A stretch of DNA of 64,000 nt, from assembly GCA_965262615.1 (NCBI GenBank), contig OZ253545.1, forward strand, positions 160,001 through 224,000, in the 5' to 3' direction. Positions within the stretch are counted from its first letter, which is position 1. Every line of letters starts with the position of its first letter. Source of the stretch: Alphaproteobacteria bacterium (lineage in GTDB: Bacteria > Pseudomonadota > Alphaproteobacteria > GM7ARS4 > G965262615). Positions 10,047 through 19,870 of this stretch are shown here, in pieces. The notes under the pieces were generated by a model that saw only the letters and a program-made list of their open reading frames with translations, did not search any database and was not told the origin of the DNA. A program made the translations under genes and the position numbers.

Positions 10047-11886
10047 GAGTCATTGGTGACGGCTTTTTGATAATTGTTGCGTCTCGTGCTTGTTTTGCTA
10101 AACCTACGAGTCCTAGTTCTTTCAGCTGCTTGGTGCTGACGGGGGACGGTGCACCAAGCGTCATATCTTTGGCTTGTCCATTCATGGGAAAAGCAATGAC
10201 ATCGCGCAAGTTATCAGTGCGCGCCAGCAACATCACCATGCGATCAATTCCTGGTGCTGCCCCCCCATGAGGCGGTGCGCCATAGTGAAAAGCGCGCCAC
10301 AACGCCCCAAAGCGGTGCGTGATGTCTTCTTGGCTATAGCCCGCAATGGCAAAGGCTTTTGCCATCACATCGGGACGATGATTGCGAATCGCACCAGACG
10401 ACAACTCAACCCCATTGCACACAATATCATACTGCCACGCCTTGATGGTCAGTGGATTGTCATTCTCCAGTGCCGCCAGCTCTCCTTGCGGCATGGAAAA
10501 CGGATTATGACTAAAAATAATCTCGCCCGTCTCGGGTGACAATTCATACATGGGATAGTCAATCACCCAACAAAAACGAAAGCTGTTTTGCTCCCGAAGT
10601 TTCATTTCATCACACAGGCGTTCCCTTGCCAAAGCGGCGAAAGAACGACAGTCTTTCCATGCCCCCGCCACAAAAAAGACGGCATCATTATCCGTCAATG
10701 ACAACTGGTTTTGCAACCGAATCATGCGCTCCTCTTCCAAATGATTGGCAATGGGACCTTTTGCCTCGCCATTCTCCCACGCAATATATCCCAGCCCGCC
10801 TTGTCCTTGCTCACGAGCAAACTGATTCATGCGATCAAACCACGCCCGCGGCATCGTGCCCGCCTCAGACACCCCAATGGCGCGCACCGTCTCCCCCTGT
10901 GCCGCCACACGGGCAAACAACGAAAATCCGCTGCCGACAAACACAGGAGTCACATCGGCAAGACGCAATGGATTGCGCAAGTCTGGCTTGTCACTGGCAA
11001 ACAAATCATCGGCTTGCTCATAGGTGAAGCGAGGAAAAGGCGTTGATGTCACATGGGCATCGGCGGCAAACTCATCAAAGACACCTCCCAGCACGTCTTC
11101 CAGCACGGCAAACACATCATCCTGAGTGGCGAACGCCATCTCAAAATCCAACTGATAAAATTCTCCCGGTGAGCGATCACTGCGAGCATCCTCATCACGA
11201 AAACACGGCGCAATTTGAAAATACCGCTCAAATCCTCCCACCATCAACAATTGCTTAAAAATCTGAGGCGCTTGCGGCAGGGCATAAAAGCATCCCTGAT
11301 GAAGCCGTGACGGCACCAAATAATCTCGCGCTCCCTCTGGAGACGAAGCCGTCAAGATGGGAGTCTGAATTTCCATAAATCCCAACGCCGTCATGCGGCG
11401 GCGCAAGGACGCAATCACCGCCGAGCGCAACACCAGATGAGCTCGCATGGAGGCGCGGCGCACATCCAAAAAGCGATACTGCAAACGCACATCCTCAGGG
11501 GCATCATCGGGGGTGGCAATCTGAAAAGGCAACACATCGGCTTGTCCCAAAATATCACAATGAGAAAGCCGCAGCTCAATCGTTCCCGTGGGCAGCTGGC
11601 GATTGATGGTCTCTTCATCTCGCAATGCCACAACGCCTGCCAGAGACACCGCACTCTCCACTCGCGCCGATTGCATGGTGGCAAACAAGGCGTTGCCCTC
11701 CTCACAGACGCATTGCATGATGCCACTGTGATCGCGCACATCCACAAAAAGCAAATTGCCATGATCCCGCTTGGCATGAATCCAGCCCGCCAGACGAATC
11801 TCGCTGCCTTGATGAGACTCCGTCACATCCCCACAACAGTGGCTACGATACTGACGATTCAATGAGTGCTGATGGTCACGGGTCAT
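10018..11886 (-). CDS. aspS: Aspartate--tRNA ligase
   Basis: YRSH.CG, RDHG, SSPEGARDY, LPQAPQ.FKQLLM, FRDED and APPHGG motifs. Confidence 0.97.
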   Translation of the reverse strand: MTRDHQHSLNRQYRSHCCGDVTESHQGSEIRLAGWIHAKRDHGNLLFVDVRDHSGIMQCVCEEGNALFATMQSARVESAVSLAGVVALRDEETINRQLPTGTIELRLSHCDILGQADVLPFQIATPDDAPEDVRLQYRFLDVRRASMRAHLVLRSAVIASLRRRMTALGFMEIQTPILTASSPEGARDYLVPSRLHQGCFYALPQAPQIFKQLLMVGGFERYFQIAPCFRDEDARSDRSPGEFYQLDFEMAFATQDDVFAVLEDVLGGVFDEFAADAHVTSTPFPRFTYEQADDLFASDKPDLRNPLRLADVTPVFVGSGFSLFARVAAQGETVRAIGVSEAGTMPRAWFDRMNQFAREQGQGGLGYIAWENGEAKGPIANHLEEERMIRLQNQLSLTDNDAVFFVAGAWKDCRSFAALARERLCDEMKLREQNSFRFCWVIDYPMYELSPETGEIIFSHNPFSMPQGELAALENDNPLTIKAWQYDIVCNGVELSSGAIRNHRPDVMAKAFAIAGYSQEDITHRFGALWRAFHYGAPPHGGAAPGIDRMVMLLARTDNLRDVIAFPMNGQAKDMTLGAPSPVSTKQLKELGLVGLAKQARDATIIKKPSPMTHDTNRDTKK

Positions 11887-11973
11887 GGAAGAAAGAGGTG
11901 GAAGCCAAAGATGATTTCTTTCATAATAAGACTTTCTTCATAGCCTAGTTCCATTATCGGTGAAAGGGCAAAA

Positions 11974-12075
11974 ATGCTGATTGACAATAATTCTTCGCTT
12001 TGGGCGTTTTGCGACACCGCCGCCGCGCACGATTGGATTGCCGTGGATACCGAATTCATGAGACAAGGACGCTAA
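11974..12075 (+). pseudogene. Duplicated 5' fragment of rnd (33 codons, then TAA); period 105 bp
   Basis: MLIDNNSSLWAFCDTAAAHDWIAVDTEFMRQGR* repeats the rnd start with about 5 substitutions. Confidence 0.9.
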
Positions 12076-12078
12076 AAG

Positions 12079-13182
12079 ATGCTGATTGACAATAATTCTT
12101 CGCTTTGGGCGTTTTGCGACACCGCCGCCACGCACGATTGGATCACCGTGGATACCGAATTCATGAGACAGGGCCGCTATTGGCCTCAGCTGTGTTTGGT
12201 GCAGGTGGCGTTGCCCAGTGGCGAGGCGGTGGCGATTGACACCCTTAATGGATGCGATTTGACACCTTTGTATCAATTGTTGCATGCACCGTCTCCCCTC
12301 AAAATATTTCACGACTGCCGTCAGGATGCGGAGATTATCTACATCCAAAGCGGCACAGCTCCCACTCCCATCTTTGACACGCAACTGGCGGCTTCCTTGT
12401 GCGGATTTGCTGCCTCATTGAGTCTCGGTCATCTGCATGAACAATGTCTGGACGCTCCTTTGGATAAGTCACCCCAATTGAGCGACTGGTCACAACGCCC
12501 TCTGCCGCCTCATTGTTTGCAGTATGCCCTCAATGATGTGCTGGCATTGATTCCTCTGTATAAAAAACTCACGCAGCACCTCACGGAGCAAAAGCGTCTT
12601 CACTGGCTGGATGACGACATGCGCGACCTGTCTTCGTCTCATTTGTATGATTATGACCCCTCCCGTGCGTGGCGGCGGTTTGCGGCACGCAAGCACATCC
12701 ATCAATGGAAACCGCTCTACCGAACCATTATTGAAGAACTGGCTCATTGGCGAGAGAAACACGCGCAAGCTCAAGATATTCCGCGTCCCCGTATGATCAC
12801 GGACGATGCCATCAAACACATCGCGCAGCATCCACCGCGCACCATCCCTGAATTGCAAGCCATTTTGAAAAAAAATCGCTGCCGCCGCCTGTCCCATGCC
12901 ATGATGGCAGAAATGATGACCTGTGTGACGCGCGCGTCCGCCACCGCCGCCCAGCTCGCGCCGCCGCAAAAAACCATCCCCCTGCAGCAACGGGAAAAAG
13001 AGCTGCGTCATCTCAAAAAAATGCTGCACGAGACGGCGCGCCATCACGCCATTGCGCCAAGCCTCATCGCCACAGTGCATGAATTGGAAGAGATGGCACT
13101 CGCCATTCACAAAGGACGCTTATTGAAAGGCTGGCGATACGATTTGTTTGGCAAACCCGCAAGAGCTTTTCTCAATAATTGA
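12079..13182 (+). CDS. rnd: Ribonuclease D
   Basis: VDTEFMR..YWP.LCLVQ, FDTQ, SDWSQRPL, YALNDV and HRDC domain; divergent from aspS. Confidence 0.95.
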   Translation: MLIDNNSSLWAFCDTAATHDWITVDTEFMRQGRYWPQLCLVQVALPSGEAVAIDTLNGCDLTPLYQLLHAPSPLKIFHDCRQDAEIIYIQSGTAPTPIFDTQLAASLCGFAASLSLGHLHEQCLDAPLDKSPQLSDWSQRPLPPHCLQYALNDVLALIPLYKKLTQHLTEQKRLHWLDDDMRDLSSSHLYDYDPSRAWRRFAARKHIHQWKPLYRTIIEELAHWREKHAQAQDIPRPRMITDDAIKHIAQHPPRTIPELQAILKKNRCRRLSHAMMAEMMTCVTRASATAAQLAPPQKTIPLQQREKELRHLKKMLHETARHHAIAPSLIATVHELEEMALAIHKGRLLKGWRYDLFGKPARAFLNN

Positions 13183-13189
13183 TAATGTT

Positions 13190-13780
13190 TTAACGGGCAG
13201 AAATGATGAAAATCACCTCTTGAGCAAATAAGTTCGCCCATAATGATGTCAGCCAGTTGGCATGAGGCACAAGACGCTTTTCAATCACAATATTATGCTG
13301 GCGGCACATGGCTTGAAAATCTCGCACACTGCACAAATGAATGTTGGGCGTTTCATACCACTGACTGGGAAGGGTTTTTGTGATGGGCATGCGTCCAAAC
13401 CACAACAAGGACAACCGAATACGCCAATAGCCAAAGTTAGGAAAGGAAACAATTCCATAGCGTCCGATGCGCACGATGCGCTGCACCACCTCGCGTGGAT
13501 TGTGTGTCGCCTGCAGCGTTTGACTGAGCACCACATAATCAAAGGCATTGGGAGAATAATCCTGCAAATCGGTATCGGCATCCCCTTGAATGACGGCAAG
13601 CCCCTTTTTGATGGAATCATGCACCCCCTGCGTGCTCAGTTCCATGCCTCGCCCATCCACGCCTCGCTGACGCTCTAAATACCGCAGCAGTGTGCCATCA
13701 CCACAGCCAATATCCAACACGCGACTGTGCTCTTCAATGGAATTGGCAATCAGTGCTAGGTCTGCCCGCAAACTCATCAT
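13190..13780 (-). CDS. metW: Methionine biosynthesis protein MetW
   Basis: VLDIGCGDG, VLSQTLQ, SFPNFG and TPNIH; downstream of metX. Confidence 0.95.
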   Translation of the reverse strand: MMSLRADLALIANSIEEHSRVLDIGCGDGTLLRYLERQRGVDGRGMELSTQGVHDSIKKGLAVIQGDADTDLQDYSPNAFDYVVLSQTLQATHNPREVVQRIVRIGRYGIVSFPNFGYWRIRLSLLWFGRMPITKTLPSQWYETPNIHLCSVRDFQAMCRQHNIVIEKRLVPHANWLTSLWANLFAQEVIFIISAR

Positions 13781-13786
13781 GACGGC

Positions 13787-14947
13787 TCAATGATGAGACG
13801 ATGCCCCATCAAGAAATCCATGCAGCAGTTCATGAAATTCGGGAATGTGGAGAAGGAAGGAATCGTGTCCGCCATCGGAAGCAATTTCACAAAAGCTGAC
13901 GCTCGCCGCCGCCGCATTCAATGCCTGCACAATCAGACGACTCTCTTGGGTGGGAAAAAGCCAATCGCTGGAGAACGAAAACAAACAAAAGCGCACAGGA
14001 CTGCCCACAAAAACCTCCTTGAGAGGCGTGCCTGCGCCATTTGTCAAATCAAAATAATCCATCGCTCGCGTGATACGAAGATAGGAATTGGCATCAAAGC
14101 GGGCAACAAAATTGCTTCCTTGATGACGCAAATAACTCTCCACCTGAAAATCAGCCCCGAATCCGTAGCTGATGGAATCTCTGTTTTGCAGATTGCGTCC
14201 AAATTTGCGATGCAATGCCGATTCCGACAAATAGGAAACATGCGCCATCATGCGCGCCACCGCCAATCCATGCTGAGGGGATTGTTCCTGATTGGCATAA
14301 AATCCATCGTGCCATTGAGGGTCTCCGACGATGGCTTGGCGACCGATTTCATGGAGCGATATATTTTGCGCCGAATGGCGCGCCGCCGTCGCAATCGCCA
14401 CCACCGAATGAACACACTCAGGATACAAAACCGCCCATTGCAACGATTGCATCCCCCCCATAGAGCCGCCCACGACAGAATATAATTGGTCAATTCCCAA
14501 ATGCTCAATGAGCAATTTCTGCGCCCGCACCATATCCCCAATGGTGAGCACGGGGAAATCCCCTCCCCACACGCCTTTTTTGCTGGGATGAGGCGACAGC
14601 GGTCCCGTGCTTCCCATGCACCCGCCCAGCACATTGCTGCAAATGACAAAATAACGATTGGTGTCAATGGCTTTGCCCGCGCCCACCGCTTCATCCCACC
14701 ATCCTTTGCGCTTGGTGATGGGATTGACCCCCATCACAAACTGATCTCCCGTCAAAGCATGACAAATCAAAATGGCGTTGCTTTGATCGGCATTGAGCTG
14801 TCCGTAGGTTTCATAGGCGATCACGGGGGCATGCAGCTCCTGCTCGCTATCCAGATGCAAGCGACAGTCCGCCGCCGTCTGATACAACTGACCCGCAAAA
14901 TCGTGCGAACTGACATCTTTGTAATGCAATGGCGTTTGACTCATCAT
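13787..14947 (-). CDS. metX: Homoserine O-acetyltransferase
   Basis: [22 protein letters not shown] and GHDSFLL motifs. Confidence 0.95.
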   Translation of the reverse strand: MMSQTPLHYKDVSSHDFAGQLYQTAADCRLHLDSEQELHAPVIAYETYGQLNADQSNAILICHALTGDQFVMGVNPITKRKGWWDEAVGAGKAIDTNRYFVICSNVLGGCMGSTGPLSPHPSKKGVWGGDFPVLTIGDMVRAQKLLIEHLGIDQLYSVVGGSMGGMQSLQWAVLYPECVHSVVAIATAARHSAQNISLHEIGRQAIVGDPQWHDGFYANQEQSPQHGLAVARMMAHVSYLSESALHRKFGRNLQNRDSISYGFGADFQVESYLRHQGSNFVARFDANSYLRITRAMDYFDLTNGAGTPLKEVFVGSPVRFCLFSFSSDWLFPTQESRLIVQALNAAAASVSFCEIASDGGHDSFLLHIPEFHELLHGFLDGASSHH

Positions 14948-15015
14948 CCTCACCGATATTTATTTGCTCACCCTATAGGATTTTAGCTGATTTTGTCTTT
15001 ATAGTCACCGATGTG

Positions 15016-16140
15016 ATGCCCAAAGACACTCCTCATCCCCGTTCTTGGCTTGGCTCGCATATTCCGTACGAAGCGGGTCTCTCCGATGCTGACACTATAG
15101 CAAAGGATATTGCCATTCACAAATTATCCGCCAATGAATCGGCACATGGCGTGTCTCCTGCGGTGCAGCGGGTGATTCACCAAGCGGCGACGCATTGTCA
15201 TCGTTATCCCGACCCGTCCCTTGTGCAATTGCGGCGGGCGTTGGCGGCACATCATGACCTCAATCTTGACGGCATTGTCTGTGGCAATGGCTCTGATGAG
15301 CTCATCACCCTGCTGCTGCACGCCTATGGCGGCGAGGGACGCTCCATTGTGATGGGACAATACGGCTTTATCTACTATGAAATCGCCGCCATGGCGGCGG
15401 GCATGACGGTGCGCAAAGCCCAAGAGTGTCCTCGCAAAGGCGTTGCCATTGATGCCATCGCTCAGCTCTATGATGACACCACGGCGTGCGTGTTTATTGC
15501 CAATCCCAACAATCCCACCGGTGCGTTGCTGTCGCCATCGGACATTGAGCAATTGATTGCCCTGACGCCGCCTCACATTCTCATTGTGCTGGATGCCGCC
15601 TATGCAGAATATGTGGATGATGCCGCCTATGATGGCGGCGCGCGCTGGGTGGAGCGTCATGACAATGTGGTGATGCTGCGAACATTTTCCAAGATTTATG
15701 GCTTGAGCGCATTACGGGTGGGCTGGTGCTATGCGCCGCCTGCCATTGCGTCTGTGTTGCAGCGTTTGCGCTCCCCTTTTAATGTGAATGCCATCGGACA
15801 GGCGGCGGCGGTGGCGGCTCTGGCGGACACAGCGCGCACCGACCAATTGCGTCTGGACAATCATGAGGCAAAACAAAAAGTGCGGGATGCATTGGCACAC
15901 ACCGCCATTGAGGTCATTCCTTCATGGGGCAATTTTTTGCTGCTGCGCTTTGCCTCACCACAGCAAGCACGCGATGCTTATGCTTATTTGCAACACAGAG
16001 GCATTCTGTTGCGCCGTCTGGAAGCGTATGATTTGCACGACTGCCTGCGGGTGACCATGGGAGCGGAAGATTCTTTGCAAATTTTCACCAAAACACTGTG
16101 CGAATTCATGGCACAATCGGACGGTGAGGCGACACTATGA
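15016..16140 (+). CDS. hisC: Histidinol-phosphate aminotransferase
   Basis: KLSANE, GNGSDELI, NPNNPTG, DAAYAEY and RTFSKIYGL.ALRVG. Confidence 0.95.
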   Translation: MPKDTPHPRSWLGSHIPYEAGLSDADTIAKDIAIHKLSANESAHGVSPAVQRVIHQAATHCHRYPDPSLVQLRRALAAHHDLNLDGIVCGNGSDELITLLLHAYGGEGRSIVMGQYGFIYYEIAAMAAGMTVRKAQECPRKGVAIDAIAQLYDDTTACVFIANPNNPTGALLSPSDIEQLIALTPPHILIVLDAAYAEYVDDAAYDGGARWVERHDNVVMLRTFSKIYGLSALRVGWCYAPPAIASVLQRLRSPFNVNAIGQAAAVAALADTARTDQLRLDNHEAKQKVRDALAHTAIEVIPSWGNFLLLRFASPQQARDAYAYLQHRGILLRRLEAYDLHDCLRVTMGAEDSLQIFTKTLCEFMAQSDGEATL

Positions 16141-17030
16141 AAGAAGACATGAGCGTTGTGTTTGATCAAATTGCCTTTGTGGGCGTTGGTTTGATTGGTG
16201 GCTCGTTGGCATTGGATGTCAAAGGGCGCGGTTTGGCGCGCGTCACCACCGCCTTTGACAAAAATGAACAAAACCGCCAGTTTATTCGTGAGTGTGGCAT
16301 CGTGGATCGCTGCTGCGATTCATTGCGAGATGCAGTCTATGATGCCGATGCCATCATTCTGGCTGTTCCTGTGGGTGTGATGGCGGCGGTGACTCAAGAC
16401 ATGATGCCTCATCTCAAACAGGGTGCGGTCATCATTGACACCGGCTCATCCAAGCGCACCATGATGGAGACGGTGCTGCCGTTGCTCAAGGAGGGCGTTC
16501 ATTGTGTGCCATCTCATCCTGTGGCGGGAACGGAACATTCGGGACCTCATGCCAGTGAGCGCAATTTGTTTGAGGGTCGCTGGTGTGTCATCACGCCGAG
16601 CGATGCCACGCCGCGCGCTGTCACCGAGCGGGTGAGCGATTTGTGGCGCGGCGTGGGCATGCGGGTGAAACAGATGGATGCTCGCACCCATGACGAGATT
16701 TTGGCTCTCACCTCTCATTTGCCGCACCTGATTGCCTTTTCCATTGTGGGGACGGCGACCGAATTGGAACAGGACTTGCATGACCAAGTGACGCGCTATG
16801 CGGCGGGTGGGTTTCGTGACTTCACCCGCATTGCCGCCTCGGACGCTGTCATGTGGCGCGATATTTTTCTGCAAAACAAGGACTTTGTGCTGGAGGCTCT
16901 CAATCATTTTGAGAACAAGCTCAAATGCTTCACCGATGCCATTGAGCAGGGCGACCGTGATGAACTCACCCGCCTCATTGATTGCAATCGCAAGGTGCGC
17001 CACGCCGTCATCAAAGAAGGACAAGAATAA
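16137..17030 (+). CDS. tyrC: Prephenate/arogenate (cyclohexadienyl) dehydrogenase
   Basis: GVGLIGGS, DTGSSK, HPVAGTE, SHLPH and GGFRDFTRIA; follows hisC. Confidence 0.93.
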   Translation: MKEDMSVVFDQIAFVGVGLIGGSLALDVKGRGLARVTTAFDKNEQNRQFIRECGIVDRCCDSLRDAVYDADAIILAVPVGVMAAVTQDMMPHLKQGAVIIDTGSSKRTMMETVLPLLKEGVHCVPSHPVAGTEHSGPHASERNLFEGRWCVITPSDATPRAVTERVSDLWRGVGMRVKQMDARTHDEILALTSHLPHLIAFSIVGTATELEQDLHDQVTRYAAGGFRDFTRIAASDAVMWRDIFLQNKDFVLEALNHFENKLKCFTDAIEQGDRDELTRLIDCNRKVRHAVIKEGQE

Positions 17031-17032
17031 CC

Positions 17033-17062
17033 TTGCGGCGATGGCGAATTTTGCCATATAAT
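17033..17062 (+). promoter_or_regulatory. Putative sigma70 promoter of hicB copy 1 (TTGCGG-N18-TATAAT), likely leaderless
   Basis: TATAAT 17057-17062 lies 7 nt before the ATG; same geometry in all four hicB copies. Confidence 0.6.
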
Positions 17063-17069
17063 AGGTGTC

Positions 17070-17462
17070 ATGATGCGAGATGAGGTCAACAGCGACACCC
17101 AGCAAGACACCGTCATTGATGCACCGTTGCATGTGCTGGGCTATACTGATGAGGACGGTCTGTGGTGGGCGCGGGCACTGGAACTGGATGTGTTGGGACA
17201 CGGCGATACCTTTGCCGAGGCTCTGCAATGCCTCAGAGATGGACTGCAAATCTATTTTGAATATGCCCATGTCAAAGACATGGAAGATTCTTTACCCCGC
17301 CGAGCCGAAGCAAAGTATTGGAAGTTGTTTTACAATGCCAGCAAGCCGCGCATTATGATGCAAGGGGAAAAAATCAAAGACCCTGCGTATCATGCGGTGG
17401 CTATTCCACAACCCACCATTGACCCCAACGAGGAAATAATTTTTGATCCCATAATTGATTAA
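17070..17462 (+). CDS. HicB-like antitoxin, copy 1
   Basis: WWARALELDVLGHGDTFAEALQCL = HicB partial RNase H fold pattern; paralog of three downstream copies. Confidence 0.8.
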   Translation: MMRDEVNSDTQQDTVIDAPLHVLGYTDEDGLWWARALELDVLGHGDTFAEALQCLRDGLQIYFEYAHVKDMEDSLPRRAEAKYWKLFYNASKPRIMMQGEKIKDPAYHAVAIPQPTIDPNEEIIFDPIID

Positions 17463-17552
17463 ATTCGTTTATTAAATAAACAACCGCCAATTGAATAACT
17501 AACTTGCCCCACCTCACTCACCTCCACTCACGCACATTTATCTAAGTAGGTA

Positions 17553-17580
17553 TTGACATATCTATCCTGCTCCCTATAAT
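17553..17580 (+). promoter_or_regulatory. Consensus sigma70 promoter TTGACA-N16-TATAAT
   Basis: Exact hexamers upstream of the GGAG RBS and the ATG at 17618. Confidence 0.7.
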
Positions 17581-17617
17581 AAGAGTAACGATAATCCAGC
17601 ATAATGGAGACTAACCG

Positions 17618-18229
17618 ATGGGAGAGCAACGAAAAGTGTTTGTGTCAGAAGAAGTATTCGAATCCCTTAACAAGCTGTTAAGGGATCACAATGATTCATT
17701 CAGCAAAGTTATTGAGAGGCTTTTGGTTAGTAAAGAACCCCAAGATCCATTTAACTTTTTGTCTGTTGTCAGCGATAAAGTATCACCGCGACAAGCACGG
17801 GGGTATTCCTACGAGGTAATGGGAGGTCCATACAGTGTGCCAGCAAGCAGAGACGCACAGTTCAAGGCTTATAGCGATGTCATAAAGCGAGTGGCAAATC
17901 ATGCAGGAGACCAATTCTGTCAAAAATTTGCGAGACAGCAATTTATAAACAAGCGTTGCATCGCAAAAACGGAAGAAGATTTGTGCGGCAACTACTCAAT
18001 GGAAAGCACTAAACCAATCCCCATCATGCTCAATGGTAAAAAGTTCTTCATCTGTGCCAACTGTGACGAACAAACACGCATCCAATTCATTATCATCGCC
18101 TGTTATCTAGCTGGACTTAAATATGGCACGGATGTCAAGTTACTGAATGGATGGAATTATCTCGGCAAACACGGTCGCAAGCAAAAAGACCTTGCTGAGC
18201 AGTGGGCGCGCAATTTTGATTTACTTTGA
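17618..18229 (+). CDS. SeqA-like protein 1 (N-terminal RHH-like, C-terminal SeqA-C-like)
   Basis: KVFVSEEVFESL...SFSKVIERLL and CIAKTEEDL...KP....FFICAN resemble SeqA N and C domains; AT-rich. Family assigned by eye. Confidence 0.6.
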   Translation: MGEQRKVFVSEEVFESLNKLLRDHNDSFSKVIERLLVSKEPQDPFNFLSVVSDKVSPRQARGYSYEVMGGPYSVPASRDAQFKAYSDVIKRVANHAGDQFCQKFARQQFINKRCIAKTEEDLCGNYSMESTKPIPIMLNGKKFFICANCDEQTRIQFIIIACYLAGLKYGTDVKLLNGWNYLGKHGRKQKDLAEQWARNFDLL

Positions 18230-18246
18230 ACAAAAGGTATAATCTC

Positions 18247-18483
18247 ATGAAAAGAACATACCGATGGAGTGAATTGCGTAAAATCCTACGCAAATACGAT
18301 TCCCGTTTTGAATTGGACAAAGGAAGAGGCAAGGGTAGCCACGCCCTCATTCGTCATCCCGACATCAATGGCAAAAAGGAAATTTACTTCATTCCGTGTC
18401 CTCGCGGGGACAAAACAGTCATCAGCAAAGCCTATCTTGGGGAGATTAAAAAGCGTTTCAATTTGCCAGACGATTTGCTATGA
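18247..18483 (+). CDS. HicA-family mRNA interferase toxin, copy 1
   Basis: Basic 78 aa; GRGKGSH catalytic His motif, IPCP. Confidence 0.85.
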   Translation: MKRTYRWSELRKILRKYDSRFELDKGRGKGSHALIRHPDINGKKEIYFIPCPRGDKTVISKAYLGEIKKRFNLPDDLL

Positions 18484-18546
18484 GGCGGAAACAAGTTTTC
18501 GCGCACATGGTGGATTTTCTCATACTTTTCCCATATAATGGATTCC

Positions 18547-18939
18547 ATGATGCGGGATGAGGTCAACAGCGACACTGGGCAAGACACCGTCATTGATGCG
18601 CCGTTGCATGTGCTGGGCTACACTGATGAGGACGGTCTGTGGTGGGCGCGGGCGTTGGAGGTGGATTTATTAGGACACGGCGATACTTTTGCTGAGGCTC
18701 TGCAGTGCCTCAAGGGTGTGCTCCAAGCCCACTTTGAATATGTCCATGTCAAAGGCATGGAAGATGCTTTGCCTCACCGAGCCGAAGCAAAGTATTGGCG
18801 GATGTTTTACAATGCCAGCAAGCCGCGCATTATCATGCAGGGGGGAAAAATCAAAGACCCTGCCTATCATGCGGTGGCTATTTCACAACCCACCATTGAC
18901 CCCAACGAGGAAATCATTTTTGATCCCATACTTGATTGA
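18547..18939 (+). CDS. HicB-like antitoxin, copy 2
   Basis: Near-identical to copy 1; TATAAT at 18534-18539. Confidence 0.8.
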   Translation: MMRDEVNSDTGQDTVIDAPLHVLGYTDEDGLWWARALEVDLLGHGDTFAEALQCLKGVLQAHFEYVHVKGMEDALPHRAEAKYWRMFYNASKPRIIMQGGKIKDPAYHAVAISQPTIDPNEEIIFDPILD

Positions 18940-18954
18940 TTTCTTTGAGAAATA

Positions 18955-19190
18955 ACCTCCACTTACAAAGTGTGTGTGTAACACCTGAGACTTCAAAGGT
19001 GTTAAGTGAGAGGTATTGATTGGGAAGTGTAGGCGTTGATTGGTAAGTGTTGTTACTTAACACCTACTTAAAAACCAAAACCTATAACTTAACCACACCT
19101 GAAACCACCTAAAATAAGAGCTTGATACCTTCATTATGAATGGATAAGAGGCAGATAAGGCATTTGCCTATTTCTAACATCAACCTCCAA
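18955..19190. repeat. Repeat-rich leader: 11-bp inverted repeat, tandem 20-mers, ten ACCT/AGGT motifs
   Basis: AGGTGTTAAGT 18997-19007 / ACTTAACACCT 19055-19065; AGGTATTGATTGGGAAGTGT followed by AGGCGTTGATTGGTAAGTGT at 19011-19050. Confidence 0.7.
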
Positions 19191-19206
19191 CTCAAGGAGA
19201 CAATCA

Positions 19207-19851
19207 ATGTACGACTGTTCAAAAATCAACATTGTGATTTCTCGAGATGTATTCGAGGAGTTGAACGCCCGTATAACCAGCCCCGACCAGAGCCTTAATT
19301 CTGTAATTAGGGAGCTGATAAAACGCGATAGCCATAGCACTCATAGCACCATGCTACCATCACAAGAAAGCAATACCTTTGCCCCAAGGGTCATGGATGT
19401 TGCGAGCAAGCCTCACGCGACAAAATCACGCTCTTCAAGACAAAATGGAGCATATTCTTATCGCGTCTTGAATCATGATGATGGTGAGGGTACGCAAGTT
19501 AAAGCCTTCAGGGAAATCATCCAACAGATTTGCGAAAACGCAAACGCTGATTTTTGCGAACGATTTGCCCATGCTGGCTTCCTCAAGCAACCATGTATTG
19601 CAAAAAGCGAAAATGACCTAATTGCTCACCGCGAGAAAATAGGTGTAAAACCACAAACCATCCAACTGAACGGCGAGCAATGGTTTATCTACACCAACCT
19701 TGACCTAGGAAAAAAGATTAGATACCTCATCACGGCGTGTCACATCGCCGATTTAGTATGGAATGAGGATGTGGTCTTGCTTGGTGACGCGTGGGCTACC
19801 TCCTCAAAAGAGGAGGCAGAGCATTGGGCGCGCAAGAGGGGACTCATCTGA
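19207..19851 (+). CDS. SeqA-like protein 2
   Basis: AAGGAG RBS; distant paralog of 17618 (YSY.V, CIAK.E.DL, KP..I.LNG, AE.WAR shared); WFIYTN motif. Confidence 0.6.
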   Translation: MYDCSKINIVISRDVFEELNARITSPDQSLNSVIRELIKRDSHSTHSTMLPSQESNTFAPRVMDVASKPHATKSRSSRQNGAYSYRVLNHDDGEGTQVKAFREIIQQICENANADFCERFAHAGFLKQPCIAKSENDLIAHREKIGVKPQTIQLNGEQWFIYTNLDLGKKIRYLITACHIADLVWNEDVVLLGDAWATSSKEEAEHWARKRGLI

Positions 19852-19870
19852 CAAAAAACTTGAATTAGGG

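Noticed and set aside
14954-15030. SAM-II/SAM-V riboswitch upstream of metX (AAATCAGCTAAAA on the minus strand, plus a TGTCTTT/AAAGACA hairpin)
   Set aside because: Only the 3' tail resembles the consensus; the 5' GATTT and TTGC elements were not found, and the region overlaps the hisC start
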